Shown one piece after another: positions 28,721 through 39,098 of a stretch of 64,000 bases of DNA. The translations under genes were made by a program, and so were the position numbers. Numbering within the stretch: position 1 is the stretch's first letter; the number at the start of each line of letters is the position of its first letter. The notes below the pieces were generated by a model. The model made no database searches. It was not told where the DNA came from and was given only the letters and a program-made list of their open reading frames with translations. The DNA lies in NCBI GenBank assembly GCA_934183165.1, contig CAKPRZ010000001.1:54820-118819 (forward strand), read 5' to 3'. This DNA is from an uncultured Bacilli bacterium (GTDB lineage Bacteria; Bacillota_I; Bacilli_A; RF39; UBA660).

Positions 28721-29197
28721 ATTATGCCTCCTTTTTTGGCATAATCAAAGTTTATACCTAACTTATATCATTGATATTACCATATTATCACCTCTACAAA
28801 TATTAGTTTTCCATCATTTCTACAGATAATTATACCATACATTAATCTATATTTATTTTAAACCACAGATAATCTTAACTTTATTATCATATGAATTTTT
28901 CAAATTTTTTCAATAATGAAATTTATGAAAAATTTATATTTATAAAACATTATTGCAATAGAAAATATTCCAAAGTACAATGACCAAACTATTCATATTT
29001 TATTATTTAAATACCTATAATATTTACTTATTTATTCTTTTTAATAGTTGATCCTATCATCTCACCAAGTAACATTCCTTCAGATATATAATTTTCTTTA
29101 TTTTTTTACTATTAACAACTATAACTATAATTGAAATGCCCATAATCACAAATGGAAATGCCGCTAATATAAAATCTTTCATAATCAATCATCCTTT

Positions 29198-30112
29198 CTA
29201 CTTTTTATTTTTCATATACTCTTTTATCTTACCAAGTCTAATGCAAATTGACGTGAATTTAACTCTTTTTTTGTTTAAAATCTTATCAATTTCATTCGCA
29301 ACTGATTCAAACTTAACATTCATAAAATGTGTAAAAATATATTCAGCGTCATTTATATCTTTAGCATACTTATAACAAAATCCTCTAATAGGTGCTGAAA
29401 TGCTAAATACCCAAATCGGAGATGCAATTATTACCTTTTTATATTCTTTTAGATTAATATCAATTTTTTCTATATCCATATTCCATTTATGCATACCATA
29501 TCTACCACACCACCAAAAGCCACTGGTACCATCAACTTTTTCTTTAGCATTTATTTCAATAATATCAGCACCAATTTTGTTTGCTTTTTCATATGCTACT
29601 TTTCTTGTATATCCCATTCTTGAAAAATACACAACTACACAATTTTTACTTTTACCAATATTATTATATTTTTTAATATCAAAATCAAACTTTTCTTGTT
29701 TATAAAATACATAAGTCATATATCCAGTTATTAACTGTAGTAATCCAATGATAAAATAAAGTATTGATAATATATTAATCGGAAAAATAACAAATTGAAT
29801 AGTAATCCAAAGCATTAAAGTAAATCCAAATATAGTTCCTAATATAATACCAATTTTTTTGTTTTTTATAAGCAGATAAGCCGCTAGCAAATTTGATAAA
29901 CCATTAACAATTAGTAATGAAATTCCTGAAAATATATAATTTTGAAATAATAAATCACTAAAAGGTAAAACATCAAAATAAGGTAACATCTCATTCATTT
30001 CCAATAAATTTCCAGTGGGATCTATAAACATTCCTATACTTCCAAATATGGCACATATTCCTACAAATAAGCACAAAAAGATAAGAACTTTTCTAGTTTT
30101 TTTGTATCTCAT
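29198..30112 (-). CDS. Membrane protein (4 TM) fused to a C-terminal flavodoxin-like domain.
   Basis: Hydrophobic N-terminal half. C-terminal VVVYFSRMGYTRKVAYEKANKIGADIIEI ... IIASPIW resembles flavodoxin_4-type domains. Confidence 0.55.
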   Translation of the reverse strand: MRYKKTRKVLIFLCLFVGICAIFGSIGMFIDPTGNLLEMNEMLPYFDVLPFSDLLFQNYIFSGISLLIVNGLSNLLAAYLLIKNKKIGIILGTIFGFTLMLWITIQFVIFPINILSILYFIIGLLQLITGYMTYVFYKQEKFDFDIKKYNNIGKSKNCVVVYFSRMGYTRKVAYEKANKIGADIIEINAKEKVDGTSGFWWCGRYGMHKWNMDIEKIDINLKEYKKVIIASPIWVFSISAPIRGFCYKYAKDINDAEYIFTHFMNVKFESVANEIDKILNKKRVKFTSICIRLGKIKEYMKNKK

Positions 30113-30176
30113 TTTATACCTCTTTCAATACATATAATTCTATCAAACGAATTATCATTTAAAATCATTTTAACTA

Positions 30177-31391
30177 CTAAATCTTAAAATATTTTATTAT
30201 AAATATTGTACCCTTTTCTTTTTTCGATTCAACAACAATTTGACCATTATCTTTTTCTATAATTGCCTTTGATAAAGATAGGCCTATTCCTATACTATCT
30301 TTATCAGCATTTTTACCTTTATAAAACCTTTTAAATATATTAATTGTATCTTCTGCACTCATACCCTTACCAAAATCTTTTATTCTAAATTCAGTATATA
30401 AATTATTGTCATTACACTCAATAATTACTTTATTATCATTATATGAATATTCAATGGCATTTTTTAAAATATTAGTTAAAGCCTCAACTTGCCATTTAAA
30501 ATCACATTTAATTTTGTTTTTACATCTATTATCAACTACAATACAAATATTTTTCAAATCACTTAAATTAGATACATTACTAATTACCGCATCAATTATT
30601 TTTTGAGCAGAGACCTCTTCTGAATAAAAAGTTATAGTATTAGATTCAAATTTAGATAATTTAAGTATTGCTTGAACTAAAAAAGTTATATTAGCCATTT
30701 CCCTTTTAATATGTCTTATAAATTCTTCTCTTACTTCTAATTTCATATTAGGATCATCACTTATATTATCAAGCATTATATTAATTGATGTTAAAGGAGT
30801 CTTCAATTGATGAGAAATATCCTGTAAAGAATTCTTTAAATTTATTTTATCTTTTAAAGAATTATCCGCATTCTCTTTTAACATAATAGTTGTTTTATAT
30901 ATTTCTTCTCTTAGTATTGATAATTTATCTTCAGATAGTTCATCAATATTTAGTTCATAATCCTTATGATTAATTTTTTCTAACAACCGAATTATTTTAT
31001 CTATTTCCTTATCACTTTCTAGGTGTGAGGTAACAAACAAATATATTAAAGCCACTAAACATAATCCAATAATTACTACTTTATATATATTATACCTAAC
31101 ATTAAGCTTATCATTTTGAACAAGTAATGAATCAATTTCTACATCATAACCATATTCTTTTAAAATATTAGTTTTAGAGTTATCTGAATTTAATATTTCT
31201 ATTAAATCTTCTTTTTTTATATCAGGATATTTCTCCTGTAAAAATAGAAATATACCGTTTATTTTATAATTAAAATTCTTTTTATATTCATTATATTCTA
31301 ACTTACTAATAAATATAAAACTTGTTAAAAAGACAATCACAACAATTAAAATTTGTACTAAATACTTTTTTAAATATTCCCTATTTTTCAT
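30177..31391 (-). CDS. Sensor histidine kinase (2 TM flanking a ~70-aa loop).
   Basis: H-box SHQLKTPLTSI. N/G boxes NAIEYS, DFGKGM, GIGLSLSKAII. Confidence 0.85.
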   Translation of the reverse strand: MKNREYLKKYLVQILIVVIVFLTSFIFISKLEYNEYKKNFNYKINGIFLFLQEKYPDIKKEDLIEILNSDNSKTNILKEYGYDVEIDSLLVQNDKLNVRYNIYKVVIIGLCLVALIYLFVTSHLESDKEIDKIIRLLEKINHKDYELNIDELSEDKLSILREEIYKTTIMLKENADNSLKDKINLKNSLQDISHQLKTPLTSINIMLDNISDDPNMKLEVREEFIRHIKREMANITFLVQAILKLSKFESNTITFYSEEVSAQKIIDAVISNVSNLSDLKNICIVVDNRCKNKIKCDFKWQVEALTNILKNAIEYSYNDNKVIIECNDNNLYTEFRIKDFGKGMSAEDTINIFKRFYKGKNADKDSIGIGLSLSKAIIEKDNGQIVVESKKEKGTIFIIKYFKI

Positions 31392-32034
31392 CTATTCTAT
31401 ACCCTATACCTTTTATTGTTATAATTATATCAGTACCTAGTTTTTCCCTAATTCTTTTTAAATAAACAGTTATGGTATGATCATCAACTTCATTACCAGT
31501 CCATTCCCAAATTTTTTCTAAAATAGTATTTCTACTTACAACACTACCGATATTTATAAATAATAAATGTAGTATTTTTAATTCCAAACTCGATAATTCT
31601 ACCTTTATATTGTTCTTACTAACTACCATCTTATCTAAATCAAAGCTAATGTCCTTAACCTTAATTACTGATGATTTCTTATTTCTTAAAATAATTTTAT
31701 TTACTCTTGCTAGTAATTCTCTTGTAGAAAAAGGTTTTGTTATATAATCCTCTGCACCAAGATCAAGTCCTTTTATAATGTCATCCTCATCATCTCTAGC
31801 TGTTAAAAATATAACTGGTATTTGACTTTTTTTTATACTATCTTCATATAAGTTAAAGCCATCTCCATCAGGAAGTGAAACATCTAAAATTATAAGTTCT
31901 GGAGTATTATTATTCAAATATTCTATCGCGTCTTTCATAGTGGTTTTATAATCTAAGTGATAATTATTAATTTTAAATGTATAAACCAAGCTTTCTGCAA
32001 TACTTTCATTATCTTCAACCAATAATATATTCAT
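31381..32034 (-). CDS. OmpR-family response regulator.
   Basis: Receiver domain (LLVEDN...DVSLPDGDGF...KPF) plus a winged-helix C-terminus. SD AGGAGG 7 nt upstream of MNILLV. Confidence 0.85.
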   Translation of the reverse strand: MNILLVEDNESIAESLVYTFKINNYHLDYKTTMKDAIEYLNNNTPELIILDVSLPDGDGFNLYEDSIKKSQIPVIFLTARDDEDDIIKGLDLGAEDYITKPFSTRELLARVNKIILRNKKSSVIKVKDISFDLDKMVVSKNNIKVELSSLELKILHLLFINIGSVVSRNTILEKIWEWTGNEVDDHTITVYLKRIREKLGTDIIITIKGIGYRIDEK

Positions 32035-32101
32035 AATTTTTCCTCCTATCAATAATTATACCATAATAAACAAAGGGATATGTTAAATATCCCATAGCTT
32101 A

Positions 32102-34645
32102 CTATATATTTTCTTTTCTGATTGTTTCAATCATATTTTGCCTATTAATTTTATTTATCGAATATTTCATTATCATATAAACCACTATAAAGACAAATAA
32201 AACACAAATAAGAATTGCTTTATAAGGTAAAACAAACTGTGTATCAAGTTTGCCATCAAAAGCTCTATGAACAAAGTATGATCCAATTATACCTAGAATA
32301 CTACCATATATTAATGATTTAGAAGAATAAAATAGTGTTTCCAAATTAATCATATGATTAAACTCTTTTTTAGTCATACCAACACTTTTTAACATTGCAA
32401 ATTCTTTTTGCCTTAACTCCATATTTGAAGTAATTGTGTTAAAGATATTAGTAACACCAATTAATGTAATAACACCAATAAATCCATATAAGAATATACT
32501 AATTACAATTACAATAGATTTTTCTGCTTTTGCTTCTTCATCCATATCATAATAATTTAGTTCACTATCTATATTTAAAATATCATTAGTTAACTGCTCA
32601 GTATTTAGTGAATCTATCATTAAATCACAACCATAATAATCAATATTATTAAAGTATTTATTATTTAATACTATATAGCCACCATTTGAATAAACATTTT
32701 CAAATCCATAAGGCATTATATTACTGATCATACCAACACCAACACTTATATTATTTCCATTAAGTTTAGAAGTTATTGTGTCACCTGATTTATAAGTATA
32801 TATTCTATCTTCATATTCTTTTTTACTTTTATTATCATAAAATCTATCCATATCTGTTAAGATACCCTTATCTTTTAAATGATCATAATTTCCCTTAACT
32901 CTTTTTACATAGGACTTAAAAGTACTATCATCCAATAATATAATATTTAGACGTGCATATTTTTTAATACATTTATCATTTTTGTCATATTCACATTCCA
33001 AAGATTCTTTTGGATTAATTTTAGAAATATCATCAATTAAAATACTTGATTTAGCATAATATACTAAATAACTTGCATTTACACTATCTAAATTTCTTAT
33101 TTCATTTATTTTTTCTTTCGAATTATTCTTATTAAAAGTTATTCTATAATTGTAATCATAATCCTGATAATAATTACCAGATTGCTTAAAACCTTCATTT
33201 ATGAAAGTAAACATTGAAATAAATACAAATATACTTACTGTTAAGGAAACAACTGTTGTACGATATTTTTTCTTACTTCTTTTTAAATTTTTATACGCTA
33301 AAACTCCACCTGTTTTAAATACTTTTTTTATTAATTTGGGGTACTTAAGTTTTTTTGAGTTCATTTTAATGTCATTAGTATTTCTCAAATTATCAATTGG
33401 ACTTACTTTTGATGCTTTCTTTGCTGAAGATATTGCAGAGAAATAAATTGTAACAAAACCAAGTATTATAGAAATTATAATTGCTATAAATGATACTTTA
33501 AATACCATTCCATCAATATTATTAAATAGATACTCTCCTAAAAGTAAATTCACTATTTTTAAAAGTACAAATACAGCAATAATCCCACATATAATACCTA
33601 TTGGAATAGCAATCAAGCCTAAGATAAATCCCTCAGTTAAAACACTTTTTTTAATTTGCTTTTTAGTTGCACCTACACTAGATAACATTCCATACATTCT
33701 CATTTTCTCAGTTGTAGAAATAGCAAATGAGTTTCTTATACAAAATACACTTGTAAAAATAATAATAAATATTACAACTTCAGCAATAGATAACAACATA
33801 CTAAATGTTGAATCAGAAAACTTTAATGCTTCCCATCTTAACAATTCATTATTAAGTGTATAATCATATCGAGTATTATTAATTCCCATATTAACAACTT
33901 CATCATAATTTCTAGCACCTAATAATTCTACAAATGAATTTTTATCTCTAGGATTCTTTAAAGAAATAAAAGCACTAAAATTATCTTCATTAGTTGAAGT
34001 TGTTATTGTTGTATAAGCAGGTGCCGAAGTAGGTTCAAAACTAACATCTGGTCTTTTTATAATACCAACAATTCTATATTTTTTTGTATTAGAATTTTTA
34101 ATTATTTCATTACCTTTATCAAATGGATTACTATCATTTAATACATAGCCATCTTCAAGTGTTACTCTATCTCCCACATTAACGGTAATTTCATCGCCAA
34201 TCTTTAAATTAGCTTTACCATTTTTATTAAGATGTTCACTAATTATTATTTCACTATCATTTTTAGGAAATCTGCCTTTAATTAATTTTAATTTTAAATT
34301 ATTAAAAGCCTCTTTATTCATTCCATAAAACTTTAGATATGGTTTATACTCATTTTTAATTGTATCTAACTTTGCATATCCATCCTCAGATATTATATCA
34401 ACACTATTAATATCTTTATTTAATTTTAACTTTTTAAGTTTATCATTAGATACATGATATAATCTAACATGCCAATAACCAGATTCATTAATTGCATTTT
34501 GAATTAGCGTTTCTCTAAAACTTGATACCATATTACTAACAGCACATATTAAAGCAACTGATAGGATAATACCTATTATTGTTCCTAGGCTTCTTTTTTT
34601 ATTTAATTTCAAATTTTTTATAGTTAATTTATTAAGGATATTCAT
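32102..34645 (-). CDS. ABC transporter permease with two FtsX-like domains and two large extracytoplasmic domains (847 aa).
   Basis: TM1, ~230-aa ECD, three TM; second TM, ~220-aa ECD, three TM. The FtsX-type architecture is duplicated. Confidence 0.8.
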   Translation of the reverse strand: MNILNKLTIKNLKLNKKRSLGTIIGIILSVALICAVSNMVSSFRETLIQNAINESGYWHVRLYHVSNDKLKKLKLNKDINSVDIISEDGYAKLDTIKNEYKPYLKFYGMNKEAFNNLKLKLIKGRFPKNDSEIIISEHLNKNGKANLKIGDEITVNVGDRVTLEDGYVLNDSNPFDKGNEIIKNSNTKKYRIVGIIKRPDVSFEPTSAPAYTTITTSTNEDNFSAFISLKNPRDKNSFVELLGARNYDEVVNMGINNTRYDYTLNNELLRWEALKFSDSTFSMLLSIAEVVIFIIIFTSVFCIRNSFAISTTEKMRMYGMLSSVGATKKQIKKSVLTEGFILGLIAIPIGIICGIIAVFVLLKIVNLLLGEYLFNNIDGMVFKVSFIAIIISIILGFVTIYFSAISSAKKASKVSPIDNLRNTNDIKMNSKKLKYPKLIKKVFKTGGVLAYKNLKRSKKKYRTTVVSLTVSIFVFISMFTFINEGFKQSGNYYQDYDYNYRITFNKNNSKEKINEIRNLDSVNASYLVYYAKSSILIDDISKINPKESLECEYDKNDKCIKKYARLNIILLDDSTFKSYVKRVKGNYDHLKDKGILTDMDRFYDNKSKKEYEDRIYTYKSGDTITSKLNGNNISVGVGMISNIMPYGFENVYSNGGYIVLNNKYFNNIDYYGCDLMIDSLNTEQLTNDILNIDSELNYYDMDEEAKAEKSIVIVISIFLYGFIGVITLIGVTNIFNTITSNMELRQKEFAMLKSVGMTKKEFNHMINLETLFYSSKSLIYGSILGIIGSYFVHRAFDGKLDTQFVLPYKAILICVLFVFIVVYMIMKYSINKINRQNMIETIRKENI

Positions 34646-34648
34646 ATT

Positions 34649-35320
34649 CTACATCTCCTTAACAATTCTTCCATCTTCAATTTGAATTATTCTATCAGCA
34701 CATTTAGCAATTTCCATATTATGAGTAATCATTATAATAGTTTGTTTATACTCTTTATTAGATTTTTTAAGCAACTCTATAATTTCATCACTTGACTTTG
34801 AATCCAAATTTCCTGTTGGCTCATCCGCAAGAATGATAGTTGGATTAGTTATCAAAGCCCTACCTATTGATGTTCTTTGTTGTTGACCACCTGATAATTC
34901 ATTTGGTAAATGGTCTTTTCTATTTTCTAATCCTAGTAATTTTATTAATTGATTTAAATACTTACTATCTGGTTTTCTATTATCTAAATCAAGAGGTAAT
35001 GTAATATTTTCTACTACATTAAGTATAGGTATTAGATTATAAAATTGATAAATTAAACCTACTTGTCTTCTTCTAAATATAGCTAGTTTATCATCATCAT
35101 AATTGTAAATGTTTTTTCCATCAATAAAAACCTTACCAGAAGTTGGTCGATCTACTCCTCCAATTAAATGAAGCAATGTAGACTTTCCTGAACCGGATGT
35201 CCCAACTATTGCGACAAATTCGCCTTTTTCTACTGAAAATGATACATCATCAAGCGCAATAACTTTAGTTGTACCACTGCCATAAACTTTTGTAAGATTC
35301 TCTACTTTCAAAATTTCCAT
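34649..35320 (-). CDS. ABC transporter ATP-binding protein (MacB/LolD-like).
   Basis: GTSGSGKSTLLHLIGG, LSGGQQQRTSIGRAL, ILADEPTGNLD. Confidence 0.9.
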   Translation of the reverse strand: MEILKVENLTKVYGSGTTKVIALDDVSFSVEKGEFVAIVGTSGSGKSTLLHLIGGVDRPTSGKVFIDGKNIYNYDDDKLAIFRRRQVGLIYQFYNLIPILNVVENITLPLDLDNRKPDSKYLNQLIKLLGLENRKDHLPNELSGGQQQRTSIGRALITNPTIILADEPTGNLDSKSSDEIIELLKKSNKEYKQTIIMITHNMEIAKCADRIIQIEDGRIVKEM

Positions 35321-35482
35321 ACATATTTCTCCCTTCTTACAACTAAATTATATACTTTCAAAGTTACATCTAAGTTACAAAGGGAAAAGTTTTTAAAAGA
35401 ATTAGCCGAGTTATTAAATACGCGTGGCCCATCTTTATCTTTTTCCAAAGTATCAAGTCTTATACAATTCTATCCATATGTA

Positions 35483-35821
35483 TTAAAAGTAATCTTCATC
35501 AATTAAAGGAATAATATCTATCGCAGGTTCTTCATAAGGATGTATTTTTCTTAATACTGATACAACTTCTCTTACTTTATTAACATTACAAACTACTTCT
35601 AATTTTTCTTCATTTACAAATTCCAAATTGTCCTTTTTTCCAATATATGGATTAGCTTTATCAGTCGGTTTAAATGTTCCTATACATTTTGTAGACATTG
35701 AACAATACATATAATTGCCAATAACTCCGGCACCTGCTTCACATACAGCATTTCTTACTTCTTCTACATTTTCCAAAGGAACAGTAACAATAATTTTTAC
35801 TCTATTAACATTTATATTCAT
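35483..35821 (-). CDS. Small PII-fold protein, CutA-like (divalent cation tolerance family), tentative.
   Basis: KIIVTVPLENVEEVRNAV ... HPYEEPAIDIIPL resembles the CutA1 beta-alpha-beta pattern and C-terminal HPYEVPE motif. Confidence 0.35.
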   Translation of the reverse strand: MNINVNRVKIIVTVPLENVEEVRNAVCEAGAGVIGNYMYCSMSTKCIGTFKPTDKANPYIGKKDNLEFVNEEKLEVVCNVNKVREVVSVLRKIHPYEEPAIDIIPLIDEDYF

Positions 35822-36391
35822 TTACAATATCCTCCCATCACTTACTTTATCATTATTCTTATACAAAAAACATCCCATATCGTGTGAATAAATAAAACCA
35901 ATTGCCTGCAAATAAGAATAAATGATAGTAGATCCAACAAATTTCATACCTCTTCTAATCAAATCTTTAGAAATAGCATCGGACAAATTATTAGTGACTT
36001 TATCAAACTCATAAAGTACTTCATTATTCGTATATTGCCTTAGATAATTATAAAAGCTTCCATATTCTTTTTGAATATTTTGAAATATTTTAGCATTATT
36101 AATACTCGCTTTTATCTTTAACTTATTTCTTATAATTTTATCATTAGATAATAATTCATTTACTTTGTTTTGATCATAACCAACTATTTTATCTATATCA
36201 AAATTATCATAAGCATTTCTAAAATATTCTCTTTTATTTAAAACACATTCCCAAGATAAACCAGCTTGAAATGATTCTAATATTAACATTTCAAATAGGT
36301 ATTGATCATTAGTATTTAGTACTCCCCATTCTTTATCATGATACTCTACATATAAAGGATTATTTTCATTGCACCATTTACATCTTTTCAT
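35822..36391 (-). CDS. tag: DNA-3-methyladenine glycosylase I.
   Basis: CKWCNENNPLYVEYHDKEWGV ... ESFQAGLSW, the Tag zinc snap and HhH motifs. Confidence 0.85.
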   Translation of the reverse strand: MKRCKWCNENNPLYVEYHDKEWGVLNTNDQYLFEMLILESFQAGLSWECVLNKREYFRNAYDNFDIDKIVGYDQNKVNELLSNDKIIRNKLKIKASINNAKIFQNIQKEYGSFYNYLRQYTNNEVLYEFDKVTNNLSDAISKDLIRRGMKFVGSTIIYSYLQAIGFIYSHDMGCFLYKNNDKVSDGRIL

Positions 36392-36981
36392 AATGCTGTA
36401 CCCTTTTTCGGAACAAAGAATTTACTCATATCATTTTTTTCATGTTTTAAAAGAGCAATTTTATTTTTAAGCCCTCCACCATACCCAGTCAAACTACCAT
36501 TAGATCCCACAACTCTATGACAAGGAATTATAACACAAATAGGATTCCATCCAACAGCTCCTCCAACAGCTTGACTAGACATCTTTTTGATTTTTCTCCT
36601 TTTAGCAATAATTTTTGATATATCGTTATATGTAATTGTACTACCAAAAGGAATTGAATTCATTATATCTGATACCTCTTTTCTAAATAATGTTAAGTTT
36701 TTAATTTTATATTTAGGAATAAAGCTAGGATTTTTCCCACTAAAATATATATCTAACCATTTACTTGTTTCTTTAAATATAGGAAGTAGTTTCTCCTCAC
36801 AATTTATAATATGCTTAGAAGCATCTCTAGAACCTATAAACCATAATCCTGTTAGATATTCTTCATCACTATTCATAAGCATATCATCAAAACTATCAGG
36901 TGTTTTATATATCCATTTATAAGTCATAAAATTCCTCCAACTAGTCAATATTTTAACTTCAATCTTATAATCTTTATACAT
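36388..36981 (-). CDS. ogt: Methylated-DNA--protein-cysteine methyltransferase.
   Basis: Active site IPCHRVVGSNGSLTGYGGGL. Overlaps tag by 4 nt. Confidence 0.85.
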   Translation of the reverse strand: MYKDYKIEVKILTSWRNFMTYKWIYKTPDSFDDMLMNSDEEYLTGLWFIGSRDASKHIINCEEKLLPIFKETSKWLDIYFSGKNPSFIPKYKIKNLTLFRKEVSDIMNSIPFGSTITYNDISKIIAKRRKIKKMSSQAVGGAVGWNPICVIIPCHRVVGSNGSLTGYGGGLKNKIALLKHEKNDMSKFFVPKKGTAL

Positions 36982-37098
36982 AATTTAGTAATATTATATA
37001 TTAATTCAAGTAAATTTGAAAGGAAAATAAAAATAGCAAAAATTCAAATAAAAAATACCAAATATAAACATATATTTGGCAACAAATAATAACTTTCA

Positions 37099-37603
37099 TC
37101 ATCTTAAAACCATTTCAGCACAATCCCAGTTTTCATTGTAGAACTGATATACATTTTTATCCACACGAACTTTTTCAAATCCAACTGATTCATAACATTT
37201 ATATGCACTTTCATTATTAGTAAAAACTCCTAGATTTATTACTTTAGCACCTGGTTGTTCTTTAGCATATTTTATCCCTTCATTTATCAAAATTTTGCCA
37301 TAGTCTTTTCCTCTTATATTATTATTTACTATAATAAAACCAAGCCTTACTACATCCTTATTTTGATCTGGATTTCTTAATATTAAATGTCCTATTATTT
37401 TACCTTTATCTTCTATATGTTAACGCATAAAAATGCGATGATTTTGCACTTTCTACATAATTAGAGGTTATATCTTCAGGTTTAATTGGATAATCTTTAT
37501 ACCTATCAGCACTCCATAATCTAAATTCTCTTTCATCTTTAATCCAACTTAGTATTTCTTTAGCATCATTATTTTTATATATTCTTAAATTCATATTAAT
37601 CAA
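37099..37603 (-). pseudogene. GNAT N-acetyltransferase disrupted by a frameshift at ~37406..37421, within an (AT)n tract.
   Basis: The two ORFs 37406..37603 and 37099..37290 are in different frames (the 505-nt span is not divisible by 3). The downstream frame is open back to 37421 and reads HIEDKGKIIGHLILRNPD..., which continues the upstream ...SSHFYALTY. The junction sequence is acatatagaagat. Confidence 0.55.
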
Positions 37604-37613
37604 TACCTCTTAT

Positions 37614-38630
37614 CTATTCTTTTTTAGCTGTTACAACACTGCCATCAACACTAAAATTAAATGGATATATTATAGTTTTTTCATTAATTAAATCAGTTTG
37701 TTTTATATCAATTATTCTTTCAATAGTAGGACTGGTATTAATAGTTACTATTTTAGATTTTACTTCTTTAATAAATTTAGATGCATTTTGTGTTGATGAC
37801 GTAAATATTGCTGAACTATATCTATTACCAGTGTAATTTATTTGAGCAATCGCTTCATCAACATCACTTACTATTATAGTATTTGGAAAATTAACATCAA
37901 TATCACTATTTACATACACTTGAACATTTAAGCCTAAATTTAATATTTTATTTAAAAATTCAATATTTGAGTCATCTTCAATATACAAATCAAAATTCTC
38001 GTATCCGCTTATGATAGTTTTATTTCTTGATTTTTTTAAAATCATACTTTGTAAATTATGATCACCAATACACACAACTAAATCGATATTAGCAAAATTT
38101 GACAGTACTTCATCAAAATTTTCAGATACATATATTTGAACCAAATACTTAGATATATTAAATTGTTCTAGAACACTTTGTATTATTTTAATTATTAATT
38201 GATTAGTTCCAAACATAAACCCATTATTAGAAAATATTGCTGTATTCCCAGCCATTATATTTCTAAGTGCCATTTCAATAATAATATAAGGATTACCATC
38301 ATTTATAACGACAACATTACCACAATCTAAAATTTCTTTACCATATATTAGTTTATTTTCATTATCCTTTTGTGAAAGACTAACATTCCCATACAATATA
38401 GTTTCTTTTTCTATATTAGAAAATATATTATCAATAACATTAAAATCAATATTAAAACCATTATTATTTTTTATATCAATGATATTTGCTTGTCTTATTG
38501 TTTCTTTATTATCCTTTAAACTTTTTTCAATTTGAATAATTACTGATTTTATTTGTTTAACTAAAATACTTTTATCCATATATAACGCATTTGATATTAT
38601 TTCATTAATAGTATTTTCTTGCATAGACAA
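37614..38630 (-). CDS. Glutamate-5-semialdehyde dehydrogenase (ProA)-like protein. It is short and I could not find the catalytic Cys at the expected position.
   Basis: ALRNIMAGNTAIFSNNG aligns with ProA TLSLKTGNAVVLRGSS. YSSAIFTSSTQNASKFIKEVKSKIVTINTS aligns with ProA HSDAIVTENQETAERFLLEVDSAAVYVNAS. The region matching PSVCNAIESLL reads LGLNVQVYVNS. Confidence 0.5.
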   Translation of the reverse strand: MSMQENTINEIISNALYMDKSILVKQIKSVIIQIEKSLKDNKETIRQANIIDIKNNNGFNIDFNVIDNIFSNIEKETILYGNVSLSQKDNENKLIYGKEILDCGNVVVINDGNPYIIIEMALRNIMAGNTAIFSNNGFMFGTNQLIIKIIQSVLEQFNISKYLVQIYVSENFDEVLSNFANIDLVVCIGDHNLQSMILKKSRNKTIISGYENFDLYIEDDSNIEFLNKILNLGLNVQVYVNSDIDVNFPNTIIVSDVDEAIAQINYTGNRYSSAIFTSSTQNASKFIKEVKSKIVTINTSPTIERIIDIKQTDLINEKTIIYPFNFSVDGSVVTAKKE

Positions 38631-38693
38631 TACCTCTTTCCGTAGTATTATATAAATATATTATCATTATATTTTTACATTGTCATTACTTCA

Positions 38694-39098
38694 TCAATTA
38701 TAATTATCTAAATCAAACGAAAATTCTATAACTCCAGCATAATCTTCTGTATTAAATGTTAAATGTATAATAAATTTATTTTCTAAATATCTATTGGCTT
38801 TTATTTCAAATTGAGGATTAATAATGCTTACTCCTTTTACATTGAATTCTGTTGAACCATTAAGAATCCATTTTTTAAAATTTATAGTCTCATTAATAGG
38901 TATTTCTAATAGCTTTTCTAACCTGCAGCATAAATCAAAGGAAAATGAATAATCATCACCAGAGATAGTAAATGATAAAGTTTTATAATTATCAAAAGAT
39001 ATTTTTTTACCATCTTGATATGAAGTTTTATCTTGTTTTAATAATTGAATATTAAGTCTTTCATTACCGACGGAATTTAACTTTGCCACTTTAAACAT
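38694..39098 (-). CDS. Hypothetical protein (134 aa).
   Basis: Intact ORF, no recognised motif. Confidence 0.4.
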   Translation of the reverse strand: MFKVAKLNSVGNERLNIQLLKQDKTSYQDGKKISFDNYKTLSFTISGDDYSFSFDLCCRLEKLLEIPINETINFKKWILNGSTEFNVKGVSIINPQFEIKANRYLENKFIIHLTFNTEDYAGVIEFSFDLDNYN

